Shown here one piece after another: positions 49,436 to 60,826 of a stretch of DNA of 64,000 nt (its first letter is position 1; each line of letters starts with the position of its first letter). The stretch is from Antedon mediterranea (Eukaryota; Animalia; Echinodermata). The notes below the pieces were generated by a model that was given only the letters and a program-made list of their open reading frames with translations, was not told where the DNA came from and searched no databases. The translations under genes were made by a program, and so were the position numbers. The stretch covers positions 20,407,045 to 20,471,044 of the forward strand of contig NC_092680.1 in NCBI RefSeq assembly GCF_964355755.1, in the 5' to 3' direction.

Positions 49436-52400
49436 ATACGTCTATTTTCGGTATAGAATTACGATTTAAAACGTTTAAAAACGTTTAATAATATACTAAT
49501 TATTAATCAATATAATCGCGTAGGTCTACTCATTCGGTATTTAATATAAGTCGACAAAGAAATGATAAGAATTATAATACTATTGTTTTTTTTATTTTTG
49601 ACATAAAGCATTGCGGTATTAATTGTTGATATGAGTACTTTTTAATATGGTCTGTAATTTATTGAAGATTTGCTGAAATACAAAACACAATGTGATGTCG
49701 TTGTTATACTTGCTTGTCCAATTACAGTTATTGAATGTTTTTAAAATATGAAAACGACATCATAACTTAAACGCTATTGTTCAAATGCGTTATACTCTAG
49801 ATGAGGTAATGTGCTTCAATAAAAATAATCAAATTGGAAAAAACCCAGTGCAGTGCAGTGCCTTCCATTTCCCGGAAAGAAAACAAAACGTGAAACTAAA
49901 CAAGTAGGCCTGATTGTGTAGATAACCGTCAGAAACCGTAAGCAGGCCAGCTGCCTGTCTTAAATGCTTGCAATATCGTAGGGATATCAAATTAAATTTG
50001 TAATATATCTTGTATTTGTGTGTATATATAAAGTTGTAAATGTTTTGTGTAAGTAAGGGTAAGATTGATTGTTTATATCATGTATAATAATAATTTTTTT
50101 GCCATAACTTTTATAAATTTACACCATTTTAAATCAACTAATGAATTTTTATAAATGTTTGATATCATATTAAATAAACTTATGCATTTAAATAGATGAA
50201 TTTTCAATGTATGATTGAAAAATAAATTGAAATCAAATTATATGATACCATGTGATATTGTAATGTCGTTATTGACGCCACTAAAACGTGACATATACTC
50301 CAACCATTAAGTCAACAAACTACGGTACTATTATTATAGAGTAAGGCCATTTAATTACAAAATGATCGGTATTATTATTAAATGCAACAGCATCAAGGTA
50401 GAATAGTTTAAATATCTACTTACCACGTTACCAACCACACCAATCTTAAAACATAATACAAATATCTTTCTTTTCTTTCGTGAAATTAAAATGCTACAAC
50501 TATTATAACAAAGAGACTCATGGTATGCAGATTACATGTACATTCCAACGTACGCCACCAACCGATTTGATAATAGCGCCAAAGTGGACAAAACTGCCGA
50601 TACGCGACAGCAGGCCTAATTAAAGTAATTTAATGTTATCCAACATGCATATCATCTAGTCCATTTATAAATGATGATAATTTAACTAATGTGCTTGCTT
50701 TACGGTTACTGCGTCACGCGGATTTCACTGTATTTATGTAAAAAGTTAAAACAGCAGTAAGAACATACAGTACTTCTTAGCATATTGTAACAGGTACACT
50801 AACATTTATTAACAGAAAATGCAAATAAAGGATGGTGTCTCAACTTACATAGCGGATTAGCCTCTGTGTAGCCTAAGTTTTCTGTTGTTTTAACCTCCCT
50901 CTCCTCTCAAAACCTAATCTGTCATATAAGTGGAGTCACTTTTTAAAAATTATTTTAACATTATATTGCTTGAAGGTTTGTGGAGAAATCAAATGTTGAT
51001 ATAAAGTTGCGGTACACCACGTATATTAATTCTGAAATTATAAACACGCTAGGAATGTCTTTAAAACATAAAAATTGAAAACTTTCTATGTATAAACAAT
51101 TGTTGCCCTCAACAATTTATTAAATAAATTTGATCGTTTTGTTAAAATCATCAAGTGCGATGAGCGGAAATTACCAATTCATTGGAATTCGTCGCACCAA
51201 AATTAATAATATCTTAACTGCTCTATCGAACATTTAGAAAATTACATACATAAATTTTCTCGACGCTCAAGGCCTGTAGCGATAATTATTTTACCTCATT
51301 AATCGCCTTATACTAAAAAATAATAATACATATTGTATCAAATTTACTCGGCACGTACCACCTTCCTACTCCTTACTTAGACTAACGTTGGCCTTCATCA
51401 TCGATGGCATTCAAAGCGCCTCCTAATTGGTTATATCCACGTTATTTTGCAATTATACGAACAAAGTGTCCTACAATCAATTAGGTTTTCGCATTCTTCA
51501 TACGTCGACTTTACGGTAGGTTATCGTTCATTTCATATTTTTATATCTTAATTTATGTAATAATTTTTCTATAAAAGAAAAGTATAAAAATGCCTAATAT
51601 AAATAACAAGAGTAGTCAACGTTAGATCTTAAATATTTAGGATCATTCTAGATTGTTTAGATGAGGATTAGGAGTAGTATGTTATTTGATAAATATTCAA
51701 CACTGGTAGCTAAAGTTAAAATCATCGATTTTTATATAATATTCCTCACTGTGATATCAAATGCTAAGTTTTTTTAAAATGTGTGTTTGGCTTAGGGATA
51801 GATAAATTGGTTTCAATATGCCGAAAATTGTAATTAAACGTATATTAATTTTGTTTTGAATATATATAAGTACGTATACACTTGTCTTAAAAGATCTTTT
51901 AAGATCATTTTAAGACATGTGTATTTAAAAATGTGATTTGAATGTAACTTATTATTATTCATATTCATCACCTTGATATAGGCCTAATATAATAATAATA
52001 TAAAGAGAACATGTTCATTTTAGGCTACACATCAATCATGCGGTCCTGTTGCGCAGTCTTTTTAAAAACAAAGGCCCCAAATTATATGGCCAATAGACTA
52101 AGAGAAGATATTCGGGTAAAACAATAAAATTTGCTAAATTTGTTGAATTTTTTTAACGTTTTATCATTATTTATTATTGTTTTGTATCCCTAAAACCTTC
52201 CCCTCAAAACATTTTTCACGGTATTTTTCTATCTATAAGTCTATTCTGGACTTAGTCTAAAATTGCTACGCATTATCATGTTTATTACTTATAGTAAGGC
52301 ACTGTACAGTTTAATGCTCACCAAAATTCATTTTATAAGTTCCTCATCAAAGAAGAGTTTTTTTCCTTTTAAATCGAAACATCTCTTATCATGTTTCATT

Positions 52401-52829
52401 TATATATAGTTTAATATTTAACATTTTTCGGTAACTCTGAAACTAAAAGTCTTCATTGCAGTTTTTGTCCTGTTTCCGATATTTGGATATTTTTGTTCAG
52501 TGTATTTTTTTAATATAAATCTTTGTCACCAAAGAAGAATAGATGGTTTGTTGAAGGACAGATTTATCTATTTATGCCATTGCTTTGCAAAATCCGTACC
52601 AATTATCTGTTTACCTTTGTTAAGAAAACATGATAATTCATTGTAATGACATCATAGACAACACAATTGAAAAGATGTGAAAAAAATCGATACTATATTG
52701 CAGATAAATCACAAGAAAGCTTTTATATCTACAATTAAAATTGATAAATGTCTGTATTTAGAAACGCTGATCTTTCCTCGGTTTGTTTGTTTATTTATTT
52801 TATTCTTTTCAGCAACATGTAGACTTTAA

Positions 52830-53031
52830 AGCCTGTTTTCCTGTCGACATTATTCGACGCTATCGTTAACAATAATCGGCGATCTTATGTAAACATTGAA
52901 ATGTTAACGATTTACAGGAAAAGGTACTCACTATCGGTATCATTTAAACTTGATCGTTTTCAAACGATCGTCGTTAAACTGTTAACGATCAACGACGATA
53001 GCGTCGAATAACGTCGACAGGAAAACAGGCT
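52830..53031. mobile_element. Harbinger-like MITE (third family)
   Basis: About 37-bp TIR AGCCTGTTTTCCTGTCGAC.TTATTCGACGCTATCGT, flanked by TAA/TTA. Confidence 0.75.
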
Positions 53032-54271
53032 TTAGTGTGTCAAATGTTTAGCCACATCTACACTCAATGCATACAAACAGAAGCATGATTCAATATCAAT
53101 ATAAAATTATTAATATAAATTACGCATATTATTATTTTAAAGTGGACCCAATAACATGTATTGAAATATTACTTCAAAGAAATTCACTTCGAAAAGTAAA
53201 CCTACAACACCAAAGTCTCTGTTACTATTATTTTATTTATTTAAAGTTACCTAGATATAACACAGTTGCAGAAACTATATTTGATCTCTGCAGTTTAGTA
53301 TTTAAGGACGCATAAAGAACCTTGTGACAGGACGCTATATATATATAAATGTATCTGAATAAAATCAAAAACAAACAAACGTGGTATTTCCCTAAAATCG
53401 TACCTAAAAATAACGCTTCTCTGTTTGACAAATTGGCAATTGTGTTGATATGAATACGATTTTCTACAAGGCCATATACATGACTGAAGTCGCGTGCTCA
53501 AATTTGATTTATTGTTTACCGACCGATCGACCGACATAGTGAGCTGTATCATCCAATCAATAATGCATTTTTGCAAGAATTGTTTTTAAGAACTTATCGT
53601 ATTATAAAAATTGGTTGTTATTTCTCTCGATATCTTAGCGTGCATTGAAGTAATAAAAAGCCAATACATTAATATCAAGGTCAAAATCAAGTTAATTATA
53701 TTTAATGACTGTTGAATATAAACTTCAGATTTTGAAACTATCCGAAAATGATTCTACAAGCATGAAATTTAATTATAAAATGTTACGCTAGTAATTGAGG
53801 CATCAGGTGGTATATTCGCTATACTGATTGGTTCTCCACATTATACCAAGCTGCTGTCATGACGCTTGTGGAAAATACAATATATATATATATGTATATA
53901 CAAATATAACCAACGCTATGAATTCACATCTCATTAGAACCTCCGCAGCGGAAACCTACAAAAATATCGGTCGTATGGAATTTGCCTCAATTATTTTTAG
54001 GTAATACTGTATACTGTATAGAAATACGTTTGTGACAAATTAAACATCCGAAATCACAAACGTTGATGTGAATTGGTCTTTGTCACCTTTTATATTGTTA
54101 ATTTATTTCATCTATTGGTTTTGTTTTTTTTATAATTGTTATTCAGTTTTACTGTAAAGATGTTGGGTGAATATAATTGAAATGTGTTTTAACTAGTCTC
54201 ATTGGCACGCGATTTTTATACCGTAAATTATTATAATTTTATTGGAAAATTATCTGCATAATTTACTAACT

Positions 54272-54783
54272 TTTGTGGCGATAACCGTCTTTCTGGTGAT
54301 AACCGTCCTAGTGGTGATAACCGTCTTTGTGGTGATAACCGTCTTTGTGGTGATAATCGTCTTTGTGGTGATAATCGTCTTTGTGGTGATAACCATCCTA
54401 GTGGTGATAGCTGTCTTAGTCGGGATAATACCGGTAACCGTCTTATTGTGGTGATAACCGTATTTGTGGTGATAACCGTCCTAGTGGTGATAACCGTCCT
54501 ACTGGTGATATTTGATAACCGTCTTTGTGGGGATAACCGTTTTTGTGGCGATAACCGTCTTGGTGGTGATAGCCGTCCTAGTGGTGATAACAGTCTTTGT
54601 AGTGATAACCGTCTTTGTGGGGATAACCGTCTTTGTGGGGAAACTGTTTTTGTGGCGATAACCGTCTTGGTGGTGATAGTCGTCCTAGTGGTGATAACCA
54701 TCTTTGTGGCGATAACCGGCGTTCTAGTGGTGATAACCGTCCTAGTGGTGATAACCGTCCTATAGTGGTGATAACCGTCTTTG
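54272..54783. repeat. 18-bp minisatellite, about 28 copies, ending just upstream of GPCR-10
   Basis: Unit GTGGTGATAACCGTC(TTT/CTA). Confidence 0.92.
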
Positions 54784-54804
54784 TTTTCATTTTTGTAACA
54801 GGCA

Positions 54805-55797
54805 ATGGCATCAACGACGAGCTCGATGACAACGTATCCACAAGACGACCTTGAAGATCCGGTCGCCTTGATAATAATCCGCTGGCTGGTAACTACAGTT
54901 GGAGTCATTGTCAATTTTCTTGTTATGTTTGTCTTCATCTACAACAAAACCTACAAAAAGTCTCTGTCTCATGCACTGCTGCTTCATCAAACGACGGTCG
55001 ACATGCTGGGCTGCTGTATGTTCCTTATATATTATAATAACGATGCACCCGAAGGCAAAAATGGAACCTTATTTTGTAAAAGCCGGTTCCTTTACTGGTA
55101 CTTATCAGCAACATCTTCATACAACCTCGTTATGGTGACGATCGAACGCTACGTTGCTGTTGTTCATCCTATTGCGTACAGACAGCGAAGTTTTAATCGA
55201 AGAAAAGTGACCACACTCATCATACCTCATACATGTGGTGTGATTGCGGCATTTATTGTCTTAATTATTGGGGATGTTAATCCGGAGAGCAAAGGAGAAT
55301 GCAAATACTATTATTCAAGTGATCTTACCGCACTGCTGTCTGCCGTGTTTATCTTTACAATGTACTGGTTACTTCCGGTCATTGTAATAGTGTATTGTTA
55401 TACCCGTATACTACTAAATTTAAGGAAGATGGCGAAAATCCGAAATACAACCAACGAACCGCGGACAGGCAATGCGGGTGGCCAACTGAAAGGAACTCAA
55501 CGCAATATGATATTAACCCTAGTTTTAGTGGCCATTGCCTTTCTTGTGACTGTAACACCAAACTTCACTCTCTACATGGTGTACAACATATGTAGATGTT
55601 TCGAATTCAGTTCTATAATTCTGCATGAAATAACCGTACTATTGAACGCTAGCAACCTGTGCATTAATCCCTTTATTTACTGTTTTACTTTCACAGAATT
55701 TAAACGCGGGATCACAAAAATTCGAAACGACATTACCGGCCGGCAGGATCTGTCCAGCTTTCATGATGAAAACCAAACCCAATCCATTACAATGTAA
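54805..55797 (+). CDS. Class A GPCR (GPCR-10), CxC family
   Basis: 7TM; GVIVN, LHQTTVD, YNNDAP, IERY, TVTPN, CRCF, NPFIY. Confidence 0.92.
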   Translation: MASTTSSMTTYPQDDLEDPVALIIIRWLVTTVGVIVNFLVMFVFIYNKTYKKSLSHALLLHQTTVDMLGCCMFLIYYNNDAPEGKNGTLFCKSRFLYWYLSATSSYNLVMVTIERYVAVVHPIAYRQRSFNRRKVTTLIIPHTCGVIAAFIVLIIGDVNPESKGECKYYYSSDLTALLSAVFIFTMYWLLPVIVIVYCYTRILLNLRKMAKIRNTTNEPRTGNAGGQLKGTQRNMILTLVLVAIAFLVTVTPNFTLYMVYNICRCFEFSSIILHEITVLLNASNLCINPFIYCFTFTEFKRGITKIRNDITGRQDLSSFHDENQTQSITM

Positions 55798-57201
55798 TTG
55801 TTATTTAAAAGCACACGTTATTAATTACCATATAATCATAAATGAATGTAATGATTATGATGTTGGTATATTTTATTGTAAATTTAAGAAAAATTCGATA
55901 TGTGAAATTAATTAATTATTACTTTCATAATTTAAGGGTTTTTTTTTTATAAATACAAATATGTTGTAAATTAATTCCGTAATGTTCATAGAAGTATTAT
56001 GATCATTTTTTAGTGGAGGAACGTCATTGACAGATTCAATATCAAGCATCTAAGCCGAATAAAAAAATATATCTTGATTAAAATGTTACATATTATAACG
56101 TATCCTTGATCTCAATGATGAAATATTGCTTCAATTTATGCAATAAACATTATCTCATTTTATGTACATTTTTCTATGTTTTTATAATTGTATACCAGAT
56201 ACAGAGGGATATGCTATGTTATTAACACATATCGATGATCGTTTGAAAACAAATTTTTTTAAAGAGTTCAAAGAACATTGTTAATAAAGTCTCTGTTGTT
56301 ATTCAGATTGGTTCTTAACCATGGTTATAGTTATGACGTTCACGCACATGCGCAGTACATGATAAATAATATGATTAATGTATATAGACATTTTAAACAT
56401 AGTAGTGTGTATACTGTTTACTTGCTTGATGATGTTTGGTGATTAGAAAGCTTTTAGCTTATGTGACCCATCGCATGTCATTTAATTACCAGTTTTCTTT
56501 TCTGTTGACTGACGTTTTGGGGGATCCAATAGACAATGTGGCCCTATGTAAAATATTGGGGTGGAGGGGCCGGCGGGGGATGGAAATAGTTGTTGAAAAA
56601 AAGAATAAATTTATAAATGTGAAATAACAAATTTCCAAGGAATGTAATTGGTCCAATAGTTATTAAGAAGAGTTTTAAAACTATTAAAGCATTGGTCATT
56701 ACAGTGTGTTTTGTTCTATTCGGACATAAGGACATTATACAGTGTCAGATACGGTGACTGTATTTTAAGCCTATGTGATAGACTTGGGTGATACAGGTGT
56801 TACATGTGATAATGTGATAATATGTAATGGGATTTGCTTATGATATCTGTACCGATAATAGACTAAAATTTCAGATAATGTCTAGTGTAACCGATGAGTA
56901 TTACGTCACACCCTTAAATGTTATGATTGTCGTGCAAGGCTGAAATCTATGAAGATTTAATTATTATTTATTTCTAAAATTGAAAAATGTTTAATCGAGG
57001 AATTAACTGCTGTATTAATTAGTTTGAAATAGAAATTAATTTCTTATTTTGTTAAAAAAAACAGGTTTAAGGCTCTGGCATTTTGACTGGATGTTGTTAC
57101 ATAACGTGTTGATTACTTGTTGTTTCAATGGTTACGGTATTATATAAGTACGATGATGATGTAAACAGGATGTGAGTGTACATATAGTAAATTAATGTAC
57201 T

Positions 57202-57258
57202 ATACATACGTCATACATACATACGTCATACATACATACGTCATACATACATACGTCA
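57202..57258. repeat. 15-bp tandem repeat, about 3.7 copies
   Basis: Unit CATACATACATACGT. Confidence 0.85.
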
Positions 57259-58156
57259 TTTCAAACATAGAATGTAAAACACATAATAACATGTTTATCG
57301 CACATTGTGAATTGGTAATTTATTTCGAAGAGAATTTACACAAAATAAATGTTCATTTAACAAAGATGTTGTTTTACTTCTTGTTTTGCAATTAGAGTGT
57401 CTGTATAGTTAGTACCGTTCTTGTAGATATTGTAGGCTATACAACACAATACAGTTAGATTGTAGATGTTTTGTACCTACGTTTCGGCATTGTTCTGAAT
57501 TAACTAACAAGAATTGTGTTCAATGCTTGGTTTTTACTTGCCTGTATTATGTGTTACTATTATTGTATGTTTCTAGCAGAAATTCCAATAAATAAATAAT
57601 TAACAAATTATTGTTGATATAAAGTTTGCGGTACACCATGTTCTGAAAAGAACTGTAGAGTTTCTCGACGTTTTGATCAACAAACGTCCGCAGGAGTGAG
57701 CATATAGTTATTTATAAATAATTACTATTCATAAACTCTAGATTATAAAATCCATAATAGAAAACGTATTTTAATAGAACATTCTAAACAGTATTGGTTT
57801 GCGGTACATCAACGTAAACTGTCTTTCGGCGGATAGCACTACCGGTATCTTTTACAGATATTTGCAATTATTACACTCTTATAGGACATTTGCTTCGTAT
57901 ACAGTAGGTTGTCTCACAAACGTCGATAAAAGTAACATTACTCAGTCAGGCGAAAAATAGAAAAACTTTGCCTACTTTCTAGGATTTTTATCAGATAATC
58001 TATATTGTTTTGTAGCATTACCACAGTGCTGATTTTTCTATATTCTCCCTAACTGTATTTAAAAATCGAGTTTTTGTTATGGAAATTGTTTGAATTGTTA
58101 CTTAATATTAAGCAATTCTTATAGAATTAAAATTTAAGTTAATAATGAATAATTAA

Positions 58157-58872
58157 AGATGTATTGTCCTCACAAAACATGAACAATGAAGAATAATTAA
58201 ATTAGACATTGAATAGGTTATTTTGTAGGATGAAGAAGACGTCTGTAAAAATTAAGTATACACTTACACTTATACGAAAATTCATCTATCGACTTATCAT
58301 CGTCCGATTTGGACAGATCAATATTAAAGTCTCCTAGCAGAATACATTGATGTTTATCTATTTTAATAGAATTAAGAACATTTATTAACCCGTTGTGAAA
58401 TTCATGTATACTAGTGTTTGGCTTTCTATAAATAACACTTACAATAATAAAGTTATTACCATCTGAAACCTCTAACCACAAAGATTCAGTATTTGGAACA
58501 GTATAGGGAAGAACTTTATATTTAATTGAAGAGTGAATATATGCAGCAACCCCACCGCCTCTACTATTTTCCCGACAGTTATGTTCAAGAGAATAAGAAT
58601 TTAAATGCAATAATTCTGGATTGTCTATTTTCCATGTCTCTGAAACTCCAATAATTTTAAATTTTCATTGTACTTTCATTGTAAAGTACATTGGCTGGCA
58701 GCCAATTTGACTATTTTTTTTGCTTTAAATTACAGTTTCTTCAGGTAAATCATTTTTTTGTTGGATCTAATTTTTTTATAATTTTTTTGTAGATAACTAT
58801 TTGTGACATTAAAATGGCATATTCAACAAAAAATGTTTAAATAATTATTTTTTTGAGGGGAACAATACATCT
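58157..58872. mobile_element. Kolobok-like MITE copy 4 carrying a LINE endonuclease fragment
   Basis: TTAA-AGATGTATTGTCC..GGAACAATACATCT-TTAA; family sequence resumes at CATTGGCTGGCAGCCAATTTGAC (about 58689). Confidence 0.75.
58276..58665 (-). pseudogene. Fragment of a CR1/L2-type LINE AP-endonuclease domain
   Basis: IIGVSETW (other frame), RGGGVAAYI, ESLW, IYRKP, LGDFN; no RT and no 3' tail. Confidence 0.8.
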
Positions 58873-60826
58873 TTAAGTTGAATTTATATAGAAAAAATTT
58901 CCATTTTTCCATTACAGTATAGCTGCAAAATGGTATTTTAAATGTTAAAATGTTTGTCAATGACACAACATTCATTAATATCAACTTATTATTTTCGTAA
59001 GTATATAGTCTCAGTGACTTTTTTTTCGCGTCAAATAGACGAAAATATGACTACGCATGCGCATTAGTGAACGATTCGAATTGGAATACTTTTTAATTTA
59101 GTGAACAGCAGCGTATCAGTGTCAAATTAAATTATCACACACAAAATAATCACTAAGGTTTCAATTAGTAGGCCTACCATCGTTATGTAATCATTATTAC
59201 AATGATTGTTGTCAGTGACGTGGTAAACTAGAACATTGATGGAGCAGGATTCCAATTACCTTGGATACATTAATTGGTCAATATAATTATTGTAAAGACC
59301 TAACCTACGTCACCACCGATTTAAGATATATGGAAAATATATATGATTGTCCCCAGTGTGCACTTTTAAAGAAATGTAATTATGCCAAAAAGAACGTCAG
59401 ACACTAGCTACTTAGTCAATTTACTATCAACCGATCGCGCGGAGCACAGACAGGTTGAAGTTCGAAGAACAATCTCAAACTGAAAAAAATTAAAGCGACG
59501 CAATACAATTTTAATTGCACGTGAGCGCGTAATTTATTGCATATTACAATATTTTTATTTTACAGTTACTTTTGTTTTTTTAATTATCATAAATTGAATT
59601 TTTATTTTTAACAGAGTTTCATAAAAATCGTGCGTAAGTTACCGCGGATCAACTCTGACGTCATCCATCATACCAGTATTAGGACAATTTCAGATCAGGT
59701 TCTAAACGCTTACAAAGTTACAAAATGTTCTAATTGCAAGTTGAAGAGAAATGCTATGAAGAAAATAAATACATAACAAGAACGAATAAAATATCTTTTA
59801 AGAATTCATCGCATTTGCATATAAGCGTAGGGTAAACGGTATAAAAACACACTTGACAGTCTGAAACTGAGTTAAGTTACGGATAGTCAATCGTTTATTT
59901 TTTTGTAAGTGAAACTTCTGCTGAAGTTGATTAAAACTACACAATGGTCTAATTCAAATTAAGTCTGATTTTATTAATCTTCCCTTTTCGTGATTTTGAG
60001 GGATAATTTCATTAAACAATTGGCCGAAATCTCAATCACTAGATCTCCAGTTGTAGACAATTTACAGCGATTACTTGTTTTGTCTTATGTAGGTTCGACC
60101 CACTTTTATTTCTTCATCAATAAAATGTTCGTTTGCAATGCATTGCACTTGATTAATGTAATATTACAATACAATACAACTGACATTAAATAACTTTCAA
60201 TATATCTTATATCTCACTCCTATAACCATTGTATTTTTATATATAATAGTAAGGAAAGAAGAAAAACAATTATTTCCTCTATTTTATACACTTTTACATT
60301 ATTACGGTTAGTGCATCAAGTAAGTAAATCTGATGCACTATGCCCAGTGTTTAATCCTTGACAGTGTACGTATAATTTAGCACAGCGATTACTTTGTCTA
60401 AAGCGATCGATCTCTCCTTTTTGTGAAGTTATGTAAGAATTGTAATTAATAGACTAGATTTCCATGTTCCAACGAACATGAATCCAGTCAGATGAACTTT
60501 GTGACCTTTCAATGCTCATGATAGACAGCTGTCATAACTCTAATAGCAACTATTAATTACCACAACGTTCTTAGTACACATGAATAACTGTAGGCCCAAC
60601 CTTTAATTTGAAATGTTGAACATATTTAATAGGCCTAGGCATATATAAAGATTGGGCCTATGTTTACCAGTACTAATGTTATGGTCTAATAAAAATCAAC
60701 TTATTGACTGCTTTACACTTATTAAAGCCTGGTTTCCATACATTCGCTACACGACAGAGCGTAGCGATTCTATGGAAACGCTAGAATTTATCGGGGATCT
60801 AGTACTCGAGCGCTAAATATTCTTTG

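Noticed and set aside
54231-54938. 235-aa minus-strand ORF with RRLSPQ/VITT repeats resembling a protamine- or SR-like protein
   Set aside because: It is a by-product of an 18-bp unit that is open in several frames. It switches repeat frame mid-ORF and overlaps GPCR-10 antisense.
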